This document shows positions 9,444-18,638 of a DNA stretch of 64,000 nucleotides, one piece after another. The number at the start of each line of letters is the position of its first letter. Positions within the stretch are counted from its first letter, which is position 1. This DNA comes from an uncultured delta proteobacterium (lineage in GTDB: Bacteria > Desulfobacterota > Binatia > Binatales > Binataceae), in assembly GCA_963808235.1 (NCBI GenBank), contig CAWEEQ010000004.1:2619611-2683610 (forward strand). The letters are read 5' to 3'. The notes below the pieces were generated by a model. It worked only from the letters and a program-made list of their open reading frames with translations. It was not told the origin of the DNA and ran no database searches. The translations under genes and the position numbers were made by a program.

Positions 9444-10549
9444 TTAAGTGTCGTGCCAGCGCCGACGCTCGTGTCAGCGGGCGCGTGAAGTAGCTCCTCA
9501 TATAGTAGTAGCTGCTGCACGGTAAGTTGGCGCATAGCTGATGCGGGACGGATAGCCGCCTCGCGATACCACTGCACGGTAAGACGAACCGCGTCGCGAA
9601 GCTTCAGCCGAGGCTGCCATGGCAAGCGCGTCCGGGCGCGCTCGGAATCGAGGCCCAAGTATGGCGACTCATGTAAGCCGTCGGACTGGGGCTCTGCGCG
9701 CCAGGATCCATCACCCCATTCATGAATAAGCATCTTGACCAGGTCGGATACGCTGACAGCGTCGCCCTCGTCCGGCCCGAAATTCCAGGCGCCACTCCAT
9801 TGCTTACCGTCCACAGATAGCCGCTGCGCAAGGATAAGGTATCCCGAAAGCGGCTCCAGGACGTGCTGCCAGGGCCGGACCGCACCGGGATTGCGGACGA
9901 CCAGCGTCTCTTTGCGACTCAGCGCGCGGATCGCATCGGGAACGATGCGATCAGGCGCCAGGTCGCCACCGCCGATCACGTTTCCCGCTCGCGCCGTGGC
10001 GATAGCGATAACGCGTTCCGCGCTCTCGAAGAAAGATCGCGTATAAGCGTGCGTGACCAGTTCAGCACATGCCTTGCTCGCGCTGTAAGGGTCCGAGCCT
10101 CCCAGGCGATCGTTTTCGCGGTAGCTTTTGGGAGCACTTTGATTCTCGTAGCACTTGTCGCTGGTGACAATCACCGCGGAACGAACAGACGGGCATCCGC
10201 GAATAGCTTCAAGCACGTTGACCGTACCGATCACGTTCGTTTCGAAGGTGGCGGCAGGCTCGCGATAGGAGCGACGGACGAGCGATTGAGCAGCAAGGTG
10301 AAACACCACTTCGGCTTTGCTCGCTTCCAGCGCGCGTCTTACGACCGACGCATCGCGCACGTCGCCGATGCTCGAATGAATGACTTCCTCAAGCCCGCAT
10401 GCATCATAGAAGCTGTTCGGCACTTCAGGGGGCAGCGCCAATCCATACACATCGGCACCCATCTCGCTCAGCCAAAGAGCAAGCCATCCGCCCTTGAACC
10501 CGGTATGGCCGGTGAGTAGTACGCGACGTCCGCGCCAGAAATTAATCAT
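9440..10549 (-). CDS. rfbG: CDP-glucose 4,6-dehydratase
   Basis: N-terminus FWRGRRVLLTGHTGFKGGWLALWLSEMGADV is diagnostic of RfbG/DdhB. Confidence 0.85.
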   Translation of the reverse strand: MINFWRGRRVLLTGHTGFKGGWLALWLSEMGADVYGLALPPEVPNSFYDACGLEEVIHSSIGDVRDASVVRRALEASKAEVVFHLAAQSLVRRSYREPAATFETNVIGTVNVLEAIRGCPSVRSAVIVTSDKCYENQSAPKSYRENDRLGGSDPYSASKACAELVTHAYTRSFFESAERVIAIATARAGNVIGGGDLAPDRIVPDAIRALSRKETLVVRNPGAVRPWQHVLEPLSGYLILAQRLSVDGKQWSGAWNFGPDEGDAVSVSDLVKMLIHEWGDGSWRAEPQSDGLHESPYLGLDSERARTRLPWQPRLKLRDAVRLTVQWYREAAIRPASAMRQLTVQQLLLYEELLHAPADTSVGAGTTLK

Positions 10550-10596
10550 TACAAAAGGCCAGCGTTTGCATTATATAAGGCCAGCGTTCGGATGGG

Positions 10597-11371
10597 CTAA
10601 CGCCAGGTTTTCCAGGGAGCTGCCCCACGTTCCCATAAGTCGTTCAGAAAGAGGGTCTCGCGATAGGTGTCCATGCACTGCCAGAACCCATCATGCTGAT
10701 AGACGGCCAACTCGCCGCGCTCAGACAACCTGCTAAGCAGTCCAGTCTCGAGCACGTCGGCGTCGTCCTCGAATCAGGTCCAGAGCCTCCGGCTTGAAGA
10801 CAAAGAACCCTCCATTGATCCATCCCTGCGTTACATTCGCCTTTTCGCGAAACAACACTACCTTGCTGTCCTTGATAGCAAGCTCTCCGTAGCGCGAAGA
10901 AGGGCGAACCGCTGTTACGGTAGCAAGGCGCCCTTCGCGATTGTGGCAAGCTATTAGGGCAGCCAGATCGATATTGGCGACACCGTCTCCATAAGTCACC
11001 ATAAAGGCCGAATCGCCGACGTATCTAGCGATTCGCTTGATACGACCACCAGTCATAGTATGCTTGCCGGTGTCGGAAAGTGTCACGCGCCAGCCGCTCT
11101 CGCCGTGGGCATCGTGAACGTCAACCTGATGCGACCCCAGAACTACCGTGAGGTCGCGATTGCGCATCTCGTAGTTCAGAAAATAGTCTCTAATCTGATC
11201 GCCTTTGTAGCCGAGGCAGATCACGAAATCGGTATGACCTTGAGCGGCGTAGAGCTTCATTATGTGCCACAGGATCGGCCGGTCGCCAATCTCGACCATC
11301 GGTTTGGGCCGATACTCAGTCTCCTCGCGGAGCCGAGTCCCGAGTCCACCTGCCAGGATTACTACTTTCAT
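10597..11371 (-). CDS. rfbF: glucose-1-phosphate cytidylyltransferase (RfbF/DdhA), interrupted by a 1-nt frameshift near 10771 (possible pseudogene or sequence error)
   Basis: The track ORF 10733..11371 (MKVVILAGGLGTRL...GWINGGFFVFKPEALDLI) then ends in an unrelated RGRRRRARDWTA tail. Shifting one nucleotide at about 10771 continues as EDDADVLETGLLSRLSERGELAVYQHDGFWQCMDTYRETLFLNDLWERGAAPWKTWR*, which is the canonical RfbF C-terminus (HxGFWQxMDT...LW..G.APWKTW). Confidence 0.75.
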
Positions 11372-11456
11372 ACCCGGTATACTTTATATTCCTATGCAGA
11401 CTTGCGAGCCAGATGTGAGTCGGCAATCGATCGCATCGAGCTGGAAGCGGGCGCCC

Positions 11457-12494
11457 TCACCCGACGTTCGCGGACTTCGTCGGCCTCTCCCGATGGGAGA
11501 GGCGAATAAGTCTCAGGTGTCCGTAGAGGTTCATCGCGCCGCGCGCAATGCTGGCACCACAATAACTGAGAAGCAGAGCAGACGCGGCGCGGGCGGTGAC
11601 GCCGGATTGCATCGCAGCCACCAACTCGCCGCGCGCTTCGATGGCCGATCCTTGTCTCAATAGGGCTATGCCATGAGCGACTTGCGCTTCCACGTATCGC
11701 GCCTGGAAGATGTGGTGGTATTCGCGCAAAGCCGGGTCATCCAGGAAACGGGAGTAGATATACTTGGAAGAGCTGCTGTTCTCGGGCGATTGCGAGGCTG
11801 TTTGCGCCGTCGCATGCACTCTATAACGCACCATCCGCTCGGGAACATAGAACGCACCCTTTCCTGACCTGGCAGCCAGATAGGTGAGCCATAGGTCGTA
11901 GTGAGGGCCGACCTCGAGCGGAAAATCGCTGAAGTCGATCAGGTTCGTCTTGATAACAGCCCCCATGACCATCGGGATGCTCTGCTGGACCAATCCGATT
12001 TTGAAGAACGGCCGATGAGTGCCGGGGCTCAGTGTGTCGCGACTCCACCGTCGAGTATTCAGCTCGGTCTGGTGGGCGTCTATTTTCCCCTGGCTGTCGA
12101 TTATGTGGTGATCGCAGAATGCCACCGCTACATCGTCGTCCGCCACTAGTGGAACCATCCGCGTGAGTAAGTCCGCTTCCCACTCGTCATCGTCATTCAG
12201 GACCGCAAAGAGACTACCGGTCATCTCACGAAAGGCGGCGAGGTGGTTGCCTGCTATGCCGAGATTGGTGTCGTTGCATCGGAAGCGGATGCGAGGATCG
12301 GCGAAAGAGTCGACCACGGCGCGGGTTGCCGCCGACTTCAGATTGGATGAGACGATGATCTCGACGTTGGCGTAGGTGCCGGCGATCGCGCTGGCGATCG
12401 CCTTGGCCAGGTAATCAGGCCGGTCGTAGGTGCATATGATGACGCTTACTAATGGTGGCTTATCGCTACTGTTTGTTGGGCTGGCTAACGTCAC
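11457..12494 (-). CDS. glycosyltransferase family 2
   Basis: LVSVIICTYDRPDYLAKAIASA...DDDEW (GT2 DxD). Confidence 0.8.
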   Translation of the reverse strand: MTLASPTNSSDKPPLVSVIICTYDRPDYLAKAIASAIAGTYANVEIIVSSNLKSAATRAVVDSFADPRIRFRCNDTNLGIAGNHLAAFREMTGSLFAVLNDDDEWEADLLTRMVPLVADDDVAVAFCDHHIIDSQGKIDAHQTELNTRRWSRDTLSPGTHRPFFKIGLVQQSIPMVMGAVIKTNLIDFSDFPLEVGPHYDLWLTYLAARSGKGAFYVPERMVRYRVHATAQTASQSPENSSSSKYIYSRFLDDPALREYHHIFQARYVEAQVAHGIALLRQGSAIEARGELVAAMQSGVTARAASALLLSYCGASIARGAMNLYGHLRLIRLSHRERPTKSANVG

Positions 12495-12609
12495 GGCGTT
12501 GTTCGGTCTGGAGGCCCTCCGAGCTTCAGGCCAAATGGAATCGAACAGTTGCGAGTTCTGCGGAGAACCCGGACTCGGGGGATTCCATCACGGGCGATCG
12601 CGATGCTAT

Positions 12610-12633
12610 CTTTGCCAGACTGTTTTTGCAAAG
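12610..12633. promoter_or_regulatory. perfect 6-bp inverted repeat (CTTTGC-N12-GCAAAG) in a divergent, locally AT-rich promoter region
   Basis: ctttgccagactgtttttgcaaag lies between divergent GT2 (-) and GT87 (+) genes, next to ctaaatattttttgatg. Confidence 0.2.
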
Positions 12634-12654
12634 TAGCACTATCCTAAATATTTT

Positions 12655-13899
12655 TTGATGCTCGAGAGACGCGAAATTAAGCATTTGGAGATCCCGGTCC
12701 GGGAGACCGCGGGGCACGACTTTAGCCGGGTAAAGCTTCTGCTGGCGGGATGCCTGGCCGCTTTGAGTATCGCTTACCTCGCGAAGGGTTTTTACTACGG
12801 GATGTTCGTTGACGGCAGCGACGTGCTTCGTCGCTGGCTCGAACAGCGATTCGTATTCGGCCAGGAAAATCTGGATCCGCGAATTGTCGCCTTCGTACGC
12901 ACGGAATTAATTTATCCTCCGTGGTCATATTTCACGGGCGTGCTTTTCTTTTGGCCGCCATGGCCGCAGGCGCGAATCTGGTTTGGCCTGGTCAACCTGG
13001 CGTCCCTGATATGGATCGTGCGATTCGTAGACGCGTATGCACGTGAGCAATCCAAACTGGATCGGCTGCTACTGGTGCTGTCGGTCACAGCTATCGCCGC
13101 AATCTGCACTACGCTGGGAGTTGGCAACTACCCGGTAATAGTAGTTGCGCTGCTGATCGGAGCGTACCAGGCGGATGAAGCAGACCGTCCCGTTTTGTCC
13201 GGCTTGCTGATCGGCGTGGCGATGCTCAAGCCGCAGATCGCGGGACCATTTTTACTGGTGGCGCTGGTGCGGGGGCGATTTCGCGCGCTGGCCGCCGCTG
13301 CGATCTATCTGATCGTTGCATGCGCCGCGATCTGGATGCTTTCGCCTGTAAACCCGCTCCGGATGCTTTCTCAATCGGCGCAACTGGGGAGCAACTTTGC
13401 CAATACCACTGACGGGCTGCTGGGCGTCGTACTCAACCTCGGCGTGCCCTACCGGCTGGCAGCTCCTATAACGGCGATCACAAGTCTCGCGATATTTATC
13501 CCGGTGCTCTGGTACTGTCGCGAGCGATCGCTGATGGTTCTGTTTGCGATTGCGGCGCTGACGAGCCGGGTGTGGACTTACAATCTCAATACCTCGAACC
13601 TGGTGTTTATCTTCCTTCTGCTGGCGCTGTGGAAGCTGGCGATCGAAAAGCGCGACACGCGGGCCGGCGCGCTGTTCATGGCGGTGGGCGTATCGCTGTG
13701 GATTCCGGCCAGCCTCTCCAGGTATCCCCTCCTCCAGATCGTCGAGCACCTGATCTGGCTCGGGGGACTTGCAGGGCTGCTGATTTTGGATCGCGGCGCG
13801 ACCGCCGCTATCCGCCAATCTGGTACATCGAGCGGTCACGCGTCGAGCGGCCTTCGAGCAGGTGGTGCCCGGTTGGCTTCAGCTCGACCGCGCGCTTGA
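12655..13899 (+). CDS. DUF2029 / GT87-like polytopic membrane glycosyltransferase
   Basis: Multi-TM protein with the conserved AMLKPQ motif (GT87 KP motif). Paralog of 47842..49086. Confidence 0.7.
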   Translation: MMLERREIKHLEIPVRETAGHDFSRVKLLLAGCLAALSIAYLAKGFYYGMFVDGSDVLRRWLEQRFVFGQENLDPRIVAFVRTELIYPPWSYFTGVLFFWPPWPQARIWFGLVNLASLIWIVRFVDAYAREQSKLDRLLLVLSVTAIAAICTTLGVGNYPVIVVALLIGAYQADEADRPVLSGLLIGVAMLKPQIAGPFLLVALVRGRFRALAAAAIYLIVACAAIWMLSPVNPLRMLSQSAQLGSNFANTTDGLLGVVLNLGVPYRLAAPITAITSLAIFIPVLWYCRERSLMVLFAIAALTSRVWTYNLNTSNLVFIFLLLALWKLAIEKRDTRAGALFMAVGVSLWIPASLSRYPLLQIVEHLIWLGGLAGLLILDRGATAAIRQSGTSSGHASSGLRAGGARLASARPRA

Positions 13900-14839
13900 G
13901 GATTCGCGCAACCGCGCCGATTCGATCGGTCGATTCAGAGCGCAGTGCGCCGCGCACGTCGAGCTCGTCGTCGTTGAGCAGGCAGAGGTGAAATTTGCCG
14001 TCCGCGGTGAGGCGCATCCGGTTGCAGGTTCCGCAATAAGGCTCGCTGACCGGGCTGATGAAACCGATCACGCCGCGCGCGCCGTGGATGCGGAAGTTGC
14101 GCGATTCGTCGGCCAGGTTTTCCGGCGGGATTTCGATCATGTTGCCGAGCGCCGCTTCGATTCTGCGCCGCGTCTCGATATTCGAAACGTAGCGCTTGAC
14201 CGACAGCGTGGCGCATTCGCCGCCGCCGAGCGGCATCAGCTCGATGAATCGCACGTGCCAATCGCGCTCGAGGGTAAGGCGGGCGAGATCGACAACGTCG
14301 GATTCGTTGAAGCCGGCGGTGACGACCGCGTTGAGCTTGATCGGCGTCAGGCCGGCTTCTTCGGCGGCGAGGATTCCGCGCCAAATCTTCTCGAAGCTGC
14401 CCCATCGCATCTGCCGCTCGACGGTTTGCGGGTCGAGGCTGTCCAGATGCACGTTGATTCGATTCAGTCCCGCGCGGCGGAGCGGTCGCGCGAGATCGCC
14501 GAGCAGAAGCGCGTTGGTGGTCAGCGCGAGCGCGTTGACGCCGGGGACGCGGGCGAGGCGCTCACAGATCTCGACGATATCCAGGCGCAGCGTCGGCTCG
14601 CCTCCGGTCAGCCGGAATTTTCGAAAGCCCACGCTAACGGCGGCGCGCGCGACGGTCTCGAATTCGGCCGGCGTCAGCAGCTCGGCGTTGGGGAGAAAGC
14701 GCAAGCCTTCGAGCGGCATGCAGTAGACGCATCGGAGGTTGCAGCGGTCGATTACGGACAGGCGCAGGTAATCGATCTCACGGTTGAAGGAATCGCGGGG
14801 CACAACTTCATAGTTATCGGAGCGCCTCCGATGAAACAA
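13808..14839 (-). CDS. moaA: GTP 3',8-cyclase MoaA (radical SAM)
   Basis: IDYLRLSVIDRCNLRCVYCMP radical-SAM CxxxCxxC with a MoaA-like body. Confidence 0.9.
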   Translation of the reverse strand: MFHRRRSDNYEVVPRDSFNREIDYLRLSVIDRCNLRCVYCMPLEGLRFLPNAELLTPAEFETVARAAVSVGFRKFRLTGGEPTLRLDIVEICERLARVPGVNALALTTNALLLGDLARPLRRAGLNRINVHLDSLDPQTVERQMRWGSFEKIWRGILAAEEAGLTPIKLNAVVTAGFNESDVVDLARLTLERDWHVRFIELMPLGGGECATLSVKRYVSNIETRRRIEAALGNMIEIPPENLADESRNFRIHGARGVIGFISPVSEPYCGTCNRMRLTADGKFHLCLLNDDELDVRGALRSESTDRIGAVARILKRAVELKPTGHHLLEGRSTRDRSMYQIGG

Positions 14840-14925
14840 CGTGGCCTCGGTACGATTGTTTCGCGGCGCGGAGGAATCCTGTTAGGCTGAGCGCGACAAT
14901 TTCCGAGGCGTGAGAGTCGATAATC

Positions 14926-15552
14926 GTGACGATTTTTTTCCGATTGCGCAGTCGCATGACGACGGTGGCGATAGCGCTCGCGGGATGTGCGATGCTGGCG
15001 TCTTCGAGCTACGCATCGTCGAGCAACCGTGCGGCTTCCGACGTGATCGTCGGCGATGCTGAAGCTCTCATCAAGCGGGCCGGTCAATCCGATCCGGCCG
15101 ACACCAAAAAAATACATGAGGCGATGGACAAACTGCACGAAGCCCTGCGTGTCGATCCCGAAAACGACTCCGCTTATGTGGACTTAGGCTTCTGTTACGG
15201 GGTGCTGCGCGACGGGACCACGGCGACCGACATGTACACCAAGGCGACCCAGCTGAATCCGTCGGGCGCGAATTTTATCGAATTGGCCGACATCTATTTG
15301 CGCACGGGCGACGCCGAAGATGCGCTGTTGGCGGCCAACGCCGGACTCGCAAAAGATCCGGAAAATGCGCGTCTCTACAATGCCAAAGGCATGGCGCTCA
15401 ACGATTTGCAGCGCTTCGACGAGGCGGAAGAGGCGTGGGAAAAGGCGCTGCGGCTGAAGCCGGACTTCCCGGCCGCGAAGGCAAATCTGCAAGCGCTGAA
15501 CGGGGGCGCGACCGGCCGCGGCAGTATCACAAAGCATCCGGCGCAGAACTAG
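14926..15552 (+). CDS. TPR-repeat lipoprotein
   Basis: Signal peptide with lipobox LAGCAM; TPR repeats (AYVDLGFCYG, NAKGMALNDL...). Confidence 0.7.
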   Translation: MTIFFRLRSRMTTVAIALAGCAMLASSSYASSSNRAASDVIVGDAEALIKRAGQSDPADTKKIHEAMDKLHEALRVDPENDSAYVDLGFCYGVLRDGTTATDMYTKATQLNPSGANFIELADIYLRTGDAEDALLAANAGLAKDPENARLYNAKGMALNDLQRFDEAEEAWEKALRLKPDFPAAKANLQALNGGATGRGSITKHPAQN

Positions 15553-15568
15553 TCGAATCTCTAGTTTT

Positions 15569-15904
15569 TCACTGGCCGCTGATCGGACGCTCGGGCTCAC
15601 CGACGCAGTAAGCGCATCGGCACAGATCTCTCAGCTGGCGCATCGTGTAGATACTCTCGTGACCATCGACCCATCCGATGAAGACTGCCGCATCGCCGAG
15701 GCGCGAAAACTGCGCGAGGCGCTGGCTGGCAGGCGGAATCTCGCCGGTCAATCCGCCCTTGCACGCATCGCAGAGGCATCCGCGGCGCAAATTCTCGAGC
15801 GGAAAAATACTGTCGTGACCGTCGACCCACTGCACGCCGACGGCGTAGCGCCCGACTTCGTGAAGTTCTTTGATCTTCGGAGTCTTTGACTTGATAAGGG
15901 CCAT
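15569..15904 (-). CDS. DUF971 domain protein
   Basis: Two WVDGH(D/E)S...Y repeats characteristic of DUF971. Confidence 0.6.
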   Translation of the reverse strand: MALIKSKTPKIKELHEVGRYAVGVQWVDGHDSIFPLENLRRGCLCDACKGGLTGEIPPASQRLAQFSRLGDAAVFIGWVDGHESIYTMRQLRDLCRCAYCVGEPERPISGQ

Positions 15905-15996
15905 GGGTAAAGTCTCGAAAAGAGTATATCCCCTCGATCGACGACGCGGAACAATTTCATGATTCGCATCTTAATCACCCGAAGGAGTTTTCGATC

Positions 15997-16473
15997 ATGG
16001 ATGAAAAAGCGAAAAAACAAGCGCTCCTGATGATCCCCTACGGACTCTTCGTGCTTGGCGCCACGCACGGCGGAACGGCCACTGCGGCCACCGTCAACTG
16101 GGTTACGCAAGCGAGTTTCAACCCGCCGCTGGTGGTGGTGGGAATCAAGAAGGACTCGGGTTCGCATGCGATGGTGAAGGACTCGAAGAAGTTTGCGCTG
16201 TCGGTGCTCGGCGCGGGACAAAAGGCGATCGCGGGGGCATTCTTTCGCCACGTCGAACCCAAGGACGGCAAGTTCGGCGACTTCGCTTTTCAGAATGGAA
16301 AAAACGGCGCGCCGATAATCAGCGACGCGCCCGCGTCGGTGGAGTGCGAGGTGGTCGGCTTCTACGAACTCGGCGATCACAGCGTCGTGGTCGGCAAAGT
16401 GACCGAGGCGCATATCAATCGCGAGGGCGAGGCTCTCACGATGAAAGAGACCGGTTGGAATTACGGTGGATAG
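15997..16473 (+). CDS. flavin reductase family protein (FMN-binding split barrel)
   Basis: LMIPYGLFVLGATHGGTATAATVNWVTQASFNPPLVVVGI motif. Confidence 0.8.
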   Translation: MDEKAKKQALLMIPYGLFVLGATHGGTATAATVNWVTQASFNPPLVVVGIKKDSGSHAMVKDSKKFALSVLGAGQKAIAGAFFRHVEPKDGKFGDFAFQNGKNGAPIISDAPASVECEVVGFYELGDHSVVVGKVTEAHINREGEALTMKETGWNYGG

Positions 16474-16485
16474 AATCGGCTGACG

Positions 16486-17532
16486 ATGGCTTCCGAAGCG
16501 GCGAAGATTTCGAGTGACGAGATGCGCCGCTCACTCGAGCGGCTCGCATCGCATGCGGGAGCAGAGCTAGTCGCCAAGCAGCCGCATTGGGGCGACGCGA
16601 TTCTGTGTGACGGGTTGATCTACGCCGCGACGGCGCTTGGAAAAGGTGACCCGATCCAGGCGGCAGAGAAATGGTTCGCACCGAAGCTCGGGCAGGGTCC
16701 CCGGACCGGCGGATGGTTCTGGTTCTGGGCGGCGGAGGCGCTGCCGGCGCTGGACTTGCATCTGAAGACCGGTGACGCGCGCTATCTCGAATACGCGCGC
16801 ACCGTCATCGACTTCATGGAGAACACGGCCGCACGCACTCCCGACGGCGCATTCGTACCGCATCCGCCGGCACTCGAGGTGTGGATCGACGTCTGCTACT
16901 TCACTGCGCCGGCGATCGCGAGGCTCGGGCGAATCTCGGACGACACCTCGATGATCGAGCGCGCGCTCGATCAGATGATTCTTCACGCTGATCATCTTGT
17001 CGATTCGCACAGCGGACTTTTCTGGCATGTAGCTTACGTCGAAAAAAAGTCGCATTCCGCGTGCTTGTGGGCTCGCGGCAATAGCTGGTTTTCGATTGCG
17101 GCGCCGCAAGTGCTCGCGGAAGTCGACGCGGCCGCACTAAGCGCGCGTTTCGCCGACAAGACTGAAAAAATTCGCACTGTGCTTGCGCGCCAGCTGAACG
17201 CGATCGCACGGCCTCAGGACGACAGCGGGCTCTGGCATACCGTGATCGATCGCCCCGATTCGTACCTGGAAGCGTCTTCCGCGGCTGGATTCGCACTGGC
17301 GCTGGGACGCGCGCTCAAGACCGGGCTCGTCGGACTCGATCGCGACCTCTTGAGCCAATCGTACACGCGCGCGCTTCGCGCGATCTGCGCGAAGATAGAC
17401 TCGACGGGAGAGTTCACCGGCGTGTCGCAGCAGACTCCGCCCGGAGACTTCGCCTTTTACAACTCGATAGAGACTGGAACAGCGCCGTTCGCGACCGGCG
17501 TCTGCATGATGGCCCTAAGCGAGGCGGTTTAG
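16486..17532 (+). CDS. glycoside hydrolase family 88/105-like (unsaturated glycuronyl hydrolase-like)
   Basis: WARGNSW motif and alpha/alpha-toroid-like composition. Confidence 0.55.
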   Translation: MASEAAKISSDEMRRSLERLASHAGAELVAKQPHWGDAILCDGLIYAATALGKGDPIQAAEKWFAPKLGQGPRTGGWFWFWAAEALPALDLHLKTGDARYLEYARTVIDFMENTAARTPDGAFVPHPPALEVWIDVCYFTAPAIARLGRISDDTSMIERALDQMILHADHLVDSHSGLFWHVAYVEKKSHSACLWARGNSWFSIAAPQVLAEVDAAALSARFADKTEKIRTVLARQLNAIARPQDDSGLWHTVIDRPDSYLEASSAAGFALALGRALKTGLVGLDRDLLSQSYTRALRAICAKIDSTGEFTGVSQQTPPGDFAFYNSIETGTAPFATGVCMMALSEAV

Positions 17533-17534
17533 AC

Positions 17535-18638
17535 ATGCCAAACAAAAAAGTCGTAGTGCTGCCGGGCGACGATGCGGCGCCGGAAGCGATGGCGGCGACG
17601 ATGGACACGCTGCGCGCGCTCAAACTGGCAATCGATTACGTCGAATTTCCGCCCGGTGACAAGTGGGTCCGCGGCGAGACCGACGCTGCCGCGCGCAAAG
17701 CGATCGACGCATCCGACACCACGCTGTTCGGATCGACCTCGGGCAAGACCACCGCGATCACGTATCTGCGCTGGGGCAAACAGACGTTCGCCAACGTTCG
17801 GCCAATCCGCTACTCGAAGGGTTTCAATAGCCCGCTCGCGCATCCGGAGGGAATCGACTTCGTGATCGTGCGCGAAAATCTGGAGGACTTGTATCTCGGC
17901 CTCGAGGGACCGCTCGAAGCGCTCGCGCCGCTGCGCCTGATGAGCAAGATTTTGCGCGCGCCGCTGGACACCACGGAACGCGGAATCTACGCGATAAAAG
18001 TGATCACCGAGCGCGCGACGCGCCGGGTCGCCGAGTTCGCATGCCAGCTCGCGATCAAACGCAAACGCGCGGGCGGCAAGGGCAAGCTAACCTGCACCTC
18101 GAAGTACAACATGCTGCGCGAGTCAGACGGTCTGTTCCGCAGAATCGTCGAGGAGACCGCGGCCACGCATCCGGAAATCAAGTACGAACAGTTTATCGTG
18201 GACGACTTCGCGCGGCGGCTGGTGCAATCTCCGCAGGACCTCGACGTGGTGGTCGCGCCAAATCTCTACGGCGACATCCTGTCCGACGCGGCGGCGGGAA
18301 CGATCGGCGGACTCGGACTCGCGCCAAGCGGATGCTACGGCGCGGATTACGCCTACTTCGAATCGGTGCATGGCACCGCGCCCGATATCATGGGAATGGG
18401 CATCATCAATCCGTCGGCGACGATGCTCTCGGCGGCGCTGATGCTCGAGTACCTCGGCTTCGCCGACGCGGGCGCGCGCTTCGATGCCGCAGTGCGCAAA
18501 GTCTACGCGGAGGGGCGAGTGCTCACACCCGACCAGGGCGGCACCGCGAAGACGTTCAGAGTTCACGCGCGCTGTAATTGGGAATCTGTAAGATCCAAAA
18601 TCACTGAAATGCGGACATTACCGCTTCGTAGTATTTGA
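17535..18638 (+). CDS. isocitrate/isopropylmalate dehydrogenase family protein
   Basis: NLYGDILSDAAAGTIGGLGLAPS signature; N-terminal VVVLPGDDAAPE. Confidence 0.8.
   Translation: MPNKKVVVLPGDDAAPEAMAATMDTLRALKLAIDYVEFPPGDKWVRGETDAAARKAIDASDTTLFGSTSGKTTAITYLRWGKQTFANVRPIRYSKGFNSPLAHPEGIDFVIVRENLEDLYLGLEGPLEALAPLRLMSKILRAPLDTTERGIYAIKVITERATRRVAEFACQLAIKRKRAGGKGKLTCTSKYNMLRESDGLFRRIVEETAATHPEIKYEQFIVDDFARRLVQSPQDLDVVVAPNLYGDILSDAAAGTIGGLGLAPSGCYGADYAYFESVHGTAPDIMGMGIINPSATMLSAALMLEYLGFADAGARFDAAVRKVYAEGRVLTPDQGGTAKTFRVHARCNWESVRSKITEMRTLPLRSI

Noticed and set aside
12430-12636. 68-aa + ORF with CEFCGEPG...CYLCQ (zinc-ribbon-like)
   Set aside because: Starts inside the GT2 coding region on the opposite strand and has no SD. 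The CxxC spacing is probably fortuitous, so it was kept out of the feature list.
14840-14925. Possible Moco riboswitch upstream of moaA
   Set aside because: The leader is only about 86 nt and lacks an evident conserved structure. It is too short for the roughly 140-nt Moco RNA motif.
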